Source: an uncultured Cytophagia bacterium
GTDB taxonomy: Bacteria; Zhuqueibacterota; Zhuqueibacteria; Residuimicrobiales; Krinioviventaceae
Length of the DNA: 42,011 bases
Assembly (NCBI GenBank): GCA_964414825.1
Contig: CAYPZM010000001.1
Coordinates: 1-42,011 of the forward strand
Direction of reading: 5' to 3'
Shown here: positions 28,477 through 36,004 of the stretch, piece after piece
Numbering within the stretch: the first letter of the stretch is position 1
Layout: each line of letters opens with the position of its first letter
Notes under the pieces: generated by a model
Told to the model about the DNA's origin: nothing
Database searches by the model: none
Seen by the model: the letters and a program-made list of their open reading frames with translations, nothing else
Made by a program: the position numbers and the translations under genes

Positions 28477-30105
28477 ATGCCATTTAGAAATATAAAGGAT
28501 GCTATCGTGCGATTCTCTCTTCTCTTTTTATCACTCTTTTTGACAACGTCTCTTTTTGCCGACCCGTCCATTGTCTCCACCATGACCAGCCAGGCGCAGC
28601 ACCGCGGCGTCTATGAAATTGTGCTGGAAACACCTGTTGACAACCGCAATCCCTATTTTGATGTGGAGGTCGATGTGCTGTTTATTCGTCCGGACGAAAC
28701 GCAGGTTTCTGTGGATGCTTTTTTTGATGGCGACACCACATTCAAAGCGCGTGCCTATTGCGACCAAATTGGCAAATGGTTCTGGGTGTCTATTTCGAAT
28801 GTGGACGGCTTGAACCAAAAACGCGGTCAGTTTGAGGTGGTTGACTCCGAATTGCCCGGCAAGTTGCGAAAACATCCGCAGGACTCGCATCAACTGGCCT
28901 ACGATAACGGCGACTGGTTTCTGCACATTGGCGACACGGGCTACCGTTACGTCACCGTCACCGAGCCGTTGTGGCAGCCGTACATTGATCAAGCGGCGCA
29001 GGCCGGTTTTAACAAAATCCGCACCTGGTTTTGCCAGGGCCGCGGCGATGTGCAGATTTTATTCGGTCCGAATCGCGAAACCATAAACCTGGAATATTGG
29101 CATGAAATGGATCGTCGGCTGCTTTACGCGCTGGAAAAATATCCGCATATCATTTTTCAGTTGCTGCCGTATGGCGAAGATACGCCGGAAATCATCCGCT
29201 ACGGCGAGGGTGACCGCGCGTCAATTTTTGTTGGTGAATACGCGCAGGCGCGCTTTTCCGCATTGCCGAATATCTACTGGTCGTTCACCAACGATCGGCA
29301 CATTGTTTCGCGTTTGCCCATGGGCGACCGCGATGCGTCGCCCTATGTCATCAACAAAATGGGCCGCGATTTTGCCAACCGCGAACCGTGGGGCACGCTG
29401 CTCACCAATCATCAGCAGCGCTTTCAAGGGTATTATTTTCTCGATTCGGAATGGTCGGATATTGTCACGCTGGAAGACCGCGATCAAGTGGATGGACGGT
29501 TGATTCTTTTGTATCGCCAGCTATCCGATGATCCGGTGATTATGGATGAAGACCGCTACGAGCTTTACTTGTCCCCAGAATTTCCACGATATTTTTTTCG
29601 AAGATTAATGTGGGCCAATCTGTTCTCCGGCGGCTCGGCGACGTATGGCGGACTCAAAACTTACGAGCCCTACAACGGCGAGATTTCCGGCGTGCAGGGT
29701 TATTATGATGCTGTCAAAGAAGGAAAACTCGTGGGTGGCGCCGCGGATTTTAATCACATTCACACATTTTTCGAGGACATCGGAATCACCCTCGTCAACA
29801 TGACGCCGCAAGATGAGCTGGCCGGGTACGACCCGTATTTATCTAAATGCATCCTCAATGATCAGCACATTTTGGTTTATCTGCAAAATGCCGATTCCCG
29901 TGATCCGCAGGCGGCGAATGTGCGCGACACCAACGCTGTCGTCAAGCTGCATCTTCCGCAAGGTATGTTTGGCATCCGCTGGTTTAATCCCCGCAACGGC
30001 GAGTGGACCCTGGACGACAACGTGCCGCGCATCAGCGGCGGTTACGAGCGCGAGCTCACGTGCCCGTTTGCAGGCGACGCAGTGCTGGTTTTGACAAAGG
30101 AGTAA
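28477..30105 (+). CDS. Secreted putative glycoside hydrolase (DUF5060 Ig-like N-domain + DUF4038/GH140-like TIM barrel)
   Basis: The signal peptide is RFSLLFLSLFLTTSLFA. The DUF5060-like segment reads GVYEIVLETPVDNRNPYFDVEVDVLF..PDE..V.VDAFFDGD..FKAR....IGKWFW. The DUF4038-like segment reads LAYDNGDWFLHIGDTGYRY....W..YIDQAAQAGFNKIRTW. The start is ATG 28477 or GTG 28507. The track ORF 28306 extension is unsupported. Confidence 0.5.
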   Translation: MPFRNIKDAIVRFSLLFLSLFLTTSLFADPSIVSTMTSQAQHRGVYEIVLETPVDNRNPYFDVEVDVLFIRPDETQVSVDAFFDGDTTFKARAYCDQIGKWFWVSISNVDGLNQKRGQFEVVDSELPGKLRKHPQDSHQLAYDNGDWFLHIGDTGYRYVTVTEPLWQPYIDQAAQAGFNKIRTWFCQGRGDVQILFGPNRETINLEYWHEMDRRLLYALEKYPHIIFQLLPYGEDTPEIIRYGEGDRASIFVGEYAQARFSALPNIYWSFTNDRHIVSRLPMGDRDASPYVINKMGRDFANREPWGTLLTNHQQRFQGYYFLDSEWSDIVTLEDRDQVDGRLILLYRQLSDDPVIMDEDRYELYLSPEFPRYFFRRLMWANLFSGGSATYGGLKTYEPYNGEISGVQGYYDAVKEGKLVGGAADFNHIHTFFEDIGITLVNMTPQDELAGYDPYLSKCILNDQHILVYLQNADSRDPQAANVRDTNAVVKLHLPQGMFGIRWFNPRNGEWTLDDNVPRISGGYERELTCPFAGDAVLVLTKE

Positions 30106-30318
30106 GAGTGCCTTGCTTGTTCAGCTCTCGACAAAAATTGTGAATACCAGCCTGTTGCCAAGTTCGTTTATTTAAACGTAAAGAACGCAATGAGCGCAGA
30201 GAAACACCGGCTAATTTTTTTTACATCTCGATAAAAATCTCTTTTCTTTTTCCTCAGCGATCTCTGCGTTTTTACTTTTTGAGGCGATTAAAAAACTGAC
30301 GACTCGTAAAAAGGAGAA

Positions 30319-31965
30319 ATGATGCTCAATTTGAATCGAAACGCCAAACTTGCCCTGTCATTACTGTTTGTTTTAATCACTTTCGCGTCCTCCCCTGCCC
30401 AGCAATCGGTGTATATCGATCCCACAAACAAAGACGATCCCTCGGAAAACGGCACGCTCGATCATCCCTATGATTCCTGGAACGACGTGCGGTTTGTTAA
30501 TGGCCGTAGTTACCTGCAAAAATGCGGCACCATCGACACGATTCGCGCCATCGAGTACAATGTCGATAATCTCACCTTTGGTTCGTACGGCAGCGGCGCC
30601 AAACCCAAGATTTTTTGTCAAACAAAATCGGGAGAACATGCCTTTAAAGGGTACAGCAAAGACAATATCACGTTTCGAAATCTGGAAATTTTTACCAACG
30701 GCAATGGCGTGAGCTGTATCTATTTTAACGCCAACTGCACCGGCGGTGTGGTGGATAGCTGTATTTTGCACAGCGCGTCGTGGGGCATCCGCATCACCAG
30801 TGGCGGTAACCGGAATCATCTCATCCAAAATACGGAAATTTATGACATCAAAGATGACGGCATATTTGTCCAGGACGCCACGGATATTGAAATCGCAAAT
30901 TGCTACATTCATCATGTGAATCAGAATTGGCAGCCGCCCAACACCCCGGAGAGCAGCGCGGCCGGCGATGGCATTCAGTTCGATCGCACGACGGATTGGT
31001 ACGTGCATCATAATCTCATCGACCGCAGCGATTCAGGCAATAAATTTTGTATTGTCGCTAATAATGAAAACCAAGATGGCTGCGTGCTGGAACACAATGT
31101 GTTCATTGGACCGCTAAAATCCCAACATGGCGGTGCGTGCGTTTATTTTGGCGATGGCCGCAATTTGATCGTTCGGTACAACACGTTTAAAGAAACCGAG
31201 CTTACCGGTCTTTATTATCACGCTGCTAATGTATCGATCTATGGGAATGTTTTTGACAATTTGGAGACCGCCATCTACTGCGGCACCACATCCGGGTGTG
31301 AGGTTTATCACAATGTATTTCAAGAGGTTAACCGGGCCATAATTGGCAATAATATCGTTGTAAAAAACAATATTTTTGATGTGGATGCCAGCAAAAGTTC
31401 TCTATTGCGCGTGTCCAAATTGGAGGACAGCCACAACCACTTTACTTTTGGCGATGGCGGTGAGCACGCGACATCCGGCGATCCGCTTTTTGTCGATCCG
31501 GCTAACGGCGATTTTCATTTGCAGCCCGGATCGCCTTGCATCAATGCCGGCACCGATGTGGGAATCGAAATGGACGCGGAGGGTACGGCAATTCCCCATG
31601 GTGAGGCTCCGGACATTGGCGCGTATGAGTTCAGCGATGCCAGTGCTCTCGGCGAGTACTCTGGTGGGGTACCCGTAGGGTTTTCGCTCTCACAAAACTA
31701 TCCCAATCCGTTTAATCCTAATACCACAATTGTCTATACCGTCCCACAACTCGATTTGAACGGAGTGAGGGTGACCCTGAACGTATATGATCTCCAGGGA
31801 CGTTTTGTGTGCACGCTAGTAGACGAGCAGCAAAATGCAGGAACGTTTACAGCGGTATTTAAAAGCACCGAACTGACCTCGGGCATTTACTTTTATCAGT
31901 TGTCGATTTGGCGCGATTCTTTGCAGCTTTTTTCCGAAACGAAATCTTGTGTTTTTATGAAATGA
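30319..31965 (+). CDS. Right-handed parallel beta-helix protein with T9SS C-terminal sorting domain
   Basis: It has a signal peptide and repeated PbH1-like turns (NITFRNLEI, VVDSCILH, HLIQNTEIYD, IEIANCYIHH, VLEHNVFIG, VRYNTFKE, SIYGNVFDN, EVYHNVFQE, VVKNNIFD). The C-terminus reads NYPNPFNPNTTIVYTVP...LNVYDLQGRFV...SGIYFYQL. An AAGGAG SD lies upstream. Confidence 0.8.
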   Translation: MMLNLNRNAKLALSLLFVLITFASSPAQQSVYIDPTNKDDPSENGTLDHPYDSWNDVRFVNGRSYLQKCGTIDTIRAIEYNVDNLTFGSYGSGAKPKIFCQTKSGEHAFKGYSKDNITFRNLEIFTNGNGVSCIYFNANCTGGVVDSCILHSASWGIRITSGGNRNHLIQNTEIYDIKDDGIFVQDATDIEIANCYIHHVNQNWQPPNTPESSAAGDGIQFDRTTDWYVHHNLIDRSDSGNKFCIVANNENQDGCVLEHNVFIGPLKSQHGGACVYFGDGRNLIVRYNTFKETELTGLYYHAANVSIYGNVFDNLETAIYCGTTSGCEVYHNVFQEVNRAIIGNNIVVKNNIFDVDASKSSLLRVSKLEDSHNHFTFGDGGEHATSGDPLFVDPANGDFHLQPGSPCINAGTDVGIEMDAEGTAIPHGEAPDIGAYEFSDASALGEYSGGVPVGFSLSQNYPNPFNPNTTIVYTVPQLDLNGVRVTLNVYDLQGRFVCTLVDEQQNAGTFTAVFKSTELTSGIYFYQLSIWRDSLQLFSETKSCVFMK

Positions 31966-31973
31966 GCTTGATC

Positions 31974-32306
31974 AAACCTCAGGAGGCTGTCGAAAAAGTC
32001 CCAAAAGCACGTTTCCCAAGTCACTCCCGCGGAGGTGGGCGTTGCAGATTCAAACGACACTCTCTCGTTCCCCCGCTCTGCGGGGGAATTGCAGCATGGA
32101 CGCTCGGCGTCCAGCACTTGTTGCGAGTTTCGGACGCAGAGCGTCCTATACTGCATTCCGCCGCGGGAGCGGCGGAATGAGAATGCTTGGACGGCCGATT
32201 CTGCAACAGCCTGGGAGGCGGGAGTCTATTTTTAGAGGAGTTATGGATGCCTGCCTCCGCAGGCCTGACTTGGCTTTTAGCTTTTTCGACAGTCTCCAGG
32301 GGTTTA
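31974..32306. mobile_element. Full-length MITE-like palindromic element with GC-rich four-hairpin core
   Basis: The arms are imperfect terminal inverted repeats of about 60 nt. A perfect 12-nt core, CTGTCGAAAAAG (31987-31998), pairs with CTTTTTCGACAG (32281-32292). The shared arm motif is CCAAGTCA...GCGGAGG..GGC. An inner pair is GTTGCAGATTC (32041-32051) with GATTCTGCAAC (32197-32207). Perfect stem-loops lie at 32068-32088, 32098-32112, 32132-32146 and 32155-32178. There is no convincing ORF. Related copies are at 9334-9448 and 26146-26178. Confidence 0.65.
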
Positions 32307-32321
32307 TAGGTGGAGGAAGTG

Positions 32322-33359
32322 ATGTTGAATAAAACGGAGCTGAATTCCCAAATTGATATTTTGACAGACAAGCCCCCGAATCCGTTTCACGTAAAAACCG
32401 GCTCTTGTTTTGCGGTTCATCATTCTTTGAAAAAGATAAGGTGTGTATTCTTTCTGCTTCTATTTTGCACATCCGTTCGAGCCAATGAGAGAATAGTAAT
32501 CTCTGACGTCCGGGACACCAACCTGTTTCTCACTGAACAAGGCCAACGAATCTCGCTGGCGAATGTGCAAACCATTTCTATAGCCGATCCCGATTCTTTT
32601 CGACAACAATTTGCCTTTGAGGTGCTAAAAAAGGTGGAAAAACGGCTGCTGAATCATTCCTATATAATGGAACTCGAACAGCACCACGATTCCCTGTCTC
32701 TGGTACATCTCTGGCAGCCGCTGCCCTTGGGACGGCAATCTATCAATAAAGAGTTTTTGAGCAAGGGTTGGGGTAGCTTTGTTCCGCTCCGGCCCAATAA
32801 TTGGACTCGAAAGTATGAAAAGGCTGCAAAAACGGCCCAGGGAAAAAATTATGGCTTGCACAATCCCGATAGATTCAAGCCGGTTGTTTTGCCAACAGCC
32901 GCGTTTTGGATAAATAGTGGGCTCGGTATAGGGGTGGCTACCGATCATCGCCGGAGCCGGCATAACAATACGGATTGCTATCTGCTGGATCCCTCTCTCA
33001 ATATTCGCAGAAATTGGTTTGTGTGGACCGGAGGACACGCATTTTCCGCACCCTATGGATTGGGTTCAGTACATCAGATGCGAACGTGGTATGCGTTGGC
33101 AGGAAAATCATTTTACGGAAAGCACATAGAAGCGGTGCTCTCGATAGGGCCGAATATGAACAAGTGGCGGTACAATACCGAAAGCGAGCGCGGTACTGTC
33201 ACGTCAAACTGGCTTCCCGGGGCGCACGTCAAGCTGCAAATTCTGGCGCATTTACCGGTTTTTATGGGATTCGGGCTCAGCTTTGACATGAACTTGAACA
33301 AGGACATCAGCTACTACATTGTATCTTTGAATTTGATTTTTGGCGGATGGAGCGAATAA
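32322..33359 (+). CDS. Hypothetical protein: degenerate SNase/thermonuclease-like domain plus Gly/aromatic-rich C-terminal region
   Basis: The hydrophobic segment is KKIRCVFFLLLFCTSVRA. The SNase-like layout reads VISDVRD.N.F.L...GQRISLANV......DPD...Q.AFE.LKK...LLNH...MELE.....LSLVHLW......SINKEFLSKGWGSF.......KYEKAAKTAQGKNYGLH. The GIDAPE-type catalytic motif is not recognisable. The start is uncertain: GTG 32310, ATG 32322 with a GGAGGA SD, or TTG 32427 just before the hydrophobic segment. Confidence 0.45.
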   Translation: MLNKTELNSQIDILTDKPPNPFHVKTGSCFAVHHSLKKIRCVFFLLLFCTSVRANERIVISDVRDTNLFLTEQGQRISLANVQTISIADPDSFRQQFAFEVLKKVEKRLLNHSYIMELEQHHDSLSLVHLWQPLPLGRQSINKEFLSKGWGSFVPLRPNNWTRKYEKAAKTAQGKNYGLHNPDRFKPVVLPTAAFWINSGLGIGVATDHRRSRHNNTDCYLLDPSLNIRRNWFVWTGGHAFSAPYGLGSVHQMRTWYALAGKSFYGKHIEAVLSIGPNMNKWRYNTESERGTVTSNWLPGAHVKLQILAHLPVFMGFGLSFDMNLNKDISYYIVSLNLIFGGWSE

Positions 33360-33490
33360 TGGGGGTTAATAGGTCGCTTTAGTGTCTCATCCAAAATTTC
33401 CAACTCTTACGTAGAGCGGAATCGAAGGATTAACGAAACGCGTTTTTCCCCCCTCGACTCCGCCCGCGATTAAGGCCGTATTGTCGAACG

Positions 33491-33682
33491 CTAATGAAGA
33501 TATTTCTTGAGGTTGTATTTTTGCGCAACGCTCATTCGCTCTTCTTCGGGTAGCGCCGTCATATAGCCTTTCCATCCCGGACAAAAATTGATGTGCCATC
33601 GCCAAAACCAGCCGATAAATGATTTGGGATTGGTGTCGTATTTTGTCCGCATAGCGCAGTCTGCACATTTTTGCTCTTCCAT
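33491..33682 (-). CDS. Small conserved Cys-containing protein of unknown function (63 aa)
   Basis: The sequence is MEEQKCADCAMRTKYDTNPKSFIGWFWRWHINFCPGWKGYMTALPEEERMSVAQKYNLKKYLH. A strong AAGGAGAG SD precedes ATG 33682. I recall the WRWHINFCPGWK-type motif from small proteins of anaerobes, but this is unverified. Confidence 0.6.
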   Translation of the reverse strand: MEEQKCADCAMRTKYDTNPKSFIGWFWRWHINFCPGWKGYMTALPEEERMSVAQKYNLKKYLH

Positions 33683-34014
33683 GGTTCTCTCCTTTTTTTT
33701 GTTCGAAAAATCAATATACATAAAAATTTAAAAGGTTTCACTTGTTTTTCGCTTTTACCTATCAATAAAAAATCACCATAAAGCTGCAAGGGAAATGGAT
33801 TTATAAGTTAATTGAATGAATATTTACCTATTTTCAGTTGTTAGATCAATGTCATCTTTTTCACTCTTTCTCAAAAATCTGCTTTTTCATTGCACCATTC
33901 GAAATCCTTCAAAGGAGGTGATGTTCGTGCTGTTGCACTTACAGAGTCCATGATGTAAGATAGCAATGAATAAATCGCAAATTCAATTCAGGTAAATAAT
34001 GAGGAGGAAACAGC

Positions 34015-35106
34015 ATGAAGAATTGGGCATCCAAGTACTTGTTACTATTAGTTCTTTTTTTGAGTCCCGCACTGGTTAAATCTCAAGGCCTCATTGCACA
34101 TTGGAATTTTGAAGAAGGTTTGGGTTCGGTCGCGGTCGATTCCGTTAGCGGATACATCGCCGAATTTATGGTAAATGCGGATTGGGCCGGGCAGGGTAAA
34201 ATTGGCTCCAATGCCCTGTTTTTGGGCGGTGAAGGTGATTATGCACAAACTGATTTGATGGAAGATTTGCAATTTACGGATGCATTTACGGTATGCGCCT
34301 GGTTCAATACGGACGATACATTCGAAGCGCAGCACCACATCATTTGGGTAGGCGATAGTACCGGAAATGGATATGGGCCGGAACAAGAGTTTCACCTTTC
34401 CGTTGGGCATTTTAATTACGCGGACAAATTGGCCCTCAGTCATGGTGATGGTTTAGACACGGATGGTATGATCGTGAATATCATTACAGAGGAAGACTTT
34501 TTGGATACCTTTGTCTGGCACCATATCGCCGGTGTCGTCAAATATGTGGAGGGTGATACCAGTATGCTCACCATTGGAGAATTGTATCTCGATGGTGTGT
34601 GGCAAACGCCCATGGTACACGAATTTCCCACTCTCGATACGGTCTATTATGAAATCTTGCGCGATCAATGGAACAAACCCATGCGTTTTGGAGCACCAGG
34701 TGCGTTGGGCACGCGCCATTTTATTGGCATGATTGACGATGTGCAGATTTATGACCGCGCCCTTACCGCAGAAGAAATTATGACCGTAATGACCGGTGAA
34801 ACGATTGTTGGGGTCGAATCTCGGCCCAATCAATTGCCCAAGGGATACTCGTTATCGGACAATTATCCAAATCCGTTTAATCCGCAGACCAAAATATCGT
34901 ACACTCTTGCCTCGACCGATTATATCCGCTTGACGGTTTATGATCTGTTGGGTCGGCAAATTGAGCGATTGGTGAGCACTGTTCAAACGCCTGGCACTTA
35001 TACTGTTACGTTTGACGCGTCAGAGCTGCCTGGAGGAGTCTATCTTTATGAATTGCAGTTAGGAAATTCGTTCAAGGAAGTGAAAAAGATGGTTCTGATG
35101 AAATAG
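34015..35106 (+). CDS. LamG/concanavalin-A-like lectin domain protein with T9SS C-terminal sorting domain
   Basis: It has a signal peptide. The LamG_3-type pattern reads LIAHWNFEEG.GS.A.DSVSG....F......W...GKIG.NALFLGGEGDYA, FTVCAWF, HHIAGV and IDDVQIYDRALTAEEI. The C-terminus reads NYPNPFNPQTKISYTL...LTVYDLLGRQI...GTYTVTFDA..LPGGVYLYEL. Confidence 0.8.
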   Translation: MKNWASKYLLLLVLFLSPALVKSQGLIAHWNFEEGLGSVAVDSVSGYIAEFMVNADWAGQGKIGSNALFLGGEGDYAQTDLMEDLQFTDAFTVCAWFNTDDTFEAQHHIIWVGDSTGNGYGPEQEFHLSVGHFNYADKLALSHGDGLDTDGMIVNIITEEDFLDTFVWHHIAGVVKYVEGDTSMLTIGELYLDGVWQTPMVHEFPTLDTVYYEILRDQWNKPMRFGAPGALGTRHFIGMIDDVQIYDRALTAEEIMTVMTGETIVGVESRPNQLPKGYSLSDNYPNPFNPQTKISYTLASTDYIRLTVYDLLGRQIERLVSTVQTPGTYTVTFDASELPGGVYLYELQLGNSFKEVKKMVLMK

Positions 35107-35110
35107 GATC

Positions 35111-35146
35111 ATTGACCCGATCCCTCGCAGGGATCGGGTCAATTTA
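35111..35146. terminator. Bidirectional intrinsic terminator between convergent operons
   Basis: A perfect 14-bp stem pairs TTGACCCGATCCCT (35112-35125) with AGGGATCGGGTCAA (35129-35142) around a 3-nt loop. The flanks are A/T-rich on both sides. Confidence 0.75.
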
Positions 35147-35156
35147 TAACATTTGG

Positions 35157-35315
35157 TTATTGCGCTTTTTGGGGGCTAGAAGGTTTTAGCTCTTTTTGCA
35201 ATCGCTCAACCTGCTTGTGCAACGTGCTCAACCGTCTGCCGATAATAAGCATGAACAGAAACAATCCCGTCCAAATGGCGGCGTATGCTAAAAACAAAAA
35301 TGTGATATTCTCCAT
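35157..35315 (-). CDS. ccmD: Heme exporter protein CcmD (52 aa; below ORF-track cutoff)
   Basis: Hand translation gives MENITFLFLAYAAIWTGLFLFMLIIGRRLSTLHKQVERLQKELKPSSPQKAQ. It has a single TM helix with the AY..IW motif followed by a basic/coiled tail, as in the CcmD family. The ATG lies immediately after the ccmC stop codon. Confidence 0.75.
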   Translation of the reverse strand: MENITFLFLAYAAIWTGLFLFMLIIGRRLSTLHKQVERLQKELKPSSPQKAQ

Positions 35316-35996
35316 CTATATCTCGCCTTTTAAATTCTTCAAATGTTCAATTTTTTTGTGCAAACATTCGGATTGATAGCGGAACACCAAAAGCGTTGTA
35401 AACAGCACTGTAAACGCGGCAACCGACACGAGCAAAGTCTGCAGCATCTCCGGAGCCAATCCGCTCCCCGAACCACCGCCAATAACCGGCGACGGGTGCA
35501 GGGTGCGCCACCAACGAATCGAGAGGTAAACGATGGGCACATCAATAAATCCGATGATGCCGAATACGGCGGCAAAGCGGGCGCCGCGCTCCTGGTCGAC
35601 AACATAGCTGCGTAACATCAGATAGGCGATATAAATCAACCACAAAATAAACGACGTTGTGAGCCGGGCATCCCATGTCCAGTAGACGTTCCACACCGGC
35701 TTGGCCCATAATGGGCCAGTGATGAGTACCAGGGTGAGAAACAAAATTCCCACTTCGGCAGAGCTTTTTGCCAGCGTGTCCCACTTGACCGCGCCGGTTC
35801 TGAGAAACATAATGCTGGCCACACAAACCACCCCAAATGCAATAAACGACACCCATGCAGACGGCACATGGAAATAGAAAATACGCTGCACCACGCCCAT
35901 GGTGCGCTCGGTTGGCGCATATAAAAACGCCATGTAAAGCGCGATCAAAATGCCAAGGAATGAGAATATGCTCAGGTACAGATAACTTTTTTTCAC
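35316..35996 (-). CDS. ccmC: Heme exporter protein CcmC
   Basis: The WWD motif is WNVYWTWDARLTTSFILW. The conserved His residues sit in FYFHVPSAW and WWRTLHP. It is a multi-TM protein. Confidence 0.92.
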   Translation of the reverse strand: MKKSYLYLSIFSFLGILIALYMAFLYAPTERTMGVVQRIFYFHVPSAWVSFIAFGVVCVASIMFLRTGAVKWDTLAKSSAEVGILFLTLVLITGPLWAKPVWNVYWTWDARLTTSFILWLIYIAYLMLRSYVVDQERGARFAAVFGIIGFIDVPIVYLSIRWWRTLHPSPVIGGGSGSGLAPEMLQTLLVSVAAFTVLFTTLLVFRYQSECLHKKIEHLKNLKGEI

Positions 35997-36004
35997 GATT
36001 CTAT

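Noticed and set aside
30106-30318. TCGACAAAAA and TCGATAAAAA words, and a CGCAGAGA / TCTCTGCG inverted pair, considered as more copies of the repeat family or as a terminator.
   Set aside because: The matches to CTGTCGAAAAAG are only 7-8 nt. The inverted pair is separated by about 60 nt of AT-rich sequence. Chance similarity is likely.
32068-32178. Possible mini-CRISPR array or tRNA-like cloverleaf, suggested by four closely spaced hairpins.
   Set aside because: The stems differ in sequence and length, and only two share GGACGC/GCGTCC. Spacing is irregular (9-19 nt), with no repeat-spacer periodicity and no cas genes. No tRNA T-loop or anticodon architecture is present.
31896-32472. A cluster of overlapping 66-116 aa ORFs on both strands (31896-32156, 31908-32180, 32021-32371, 32035-32235, 32042-32332, 32146-32472).
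   Set aside because: All fall in the GC-rich palindromic element. Open frames on both strands are expected from an inverted-repeat structure. The translations are Arg/Pro/Ala/Gly-rich with no motifs.
33400-33485. A possible further degenerate copy of the repeat family (GAGCGGAATCGAAGG, GACTCCGCCCGCG, TTGTCGAACGC).
   Set aside because: Only short, non-collinear word matches to the 32-kb element are present. This is too weak to call without a statistical alignment.
33921-33953. A 10-codon mini-ORF (MFVLLHLQSP) after an AGGAGG upstream of the LamG gene, considered as a possible leader peptide.
   Set aside because: The SD-to-ATG spacing is only 2 nt. No attenuator structure follows, and there is no amino-acid bias suggesting regulatory stalling.
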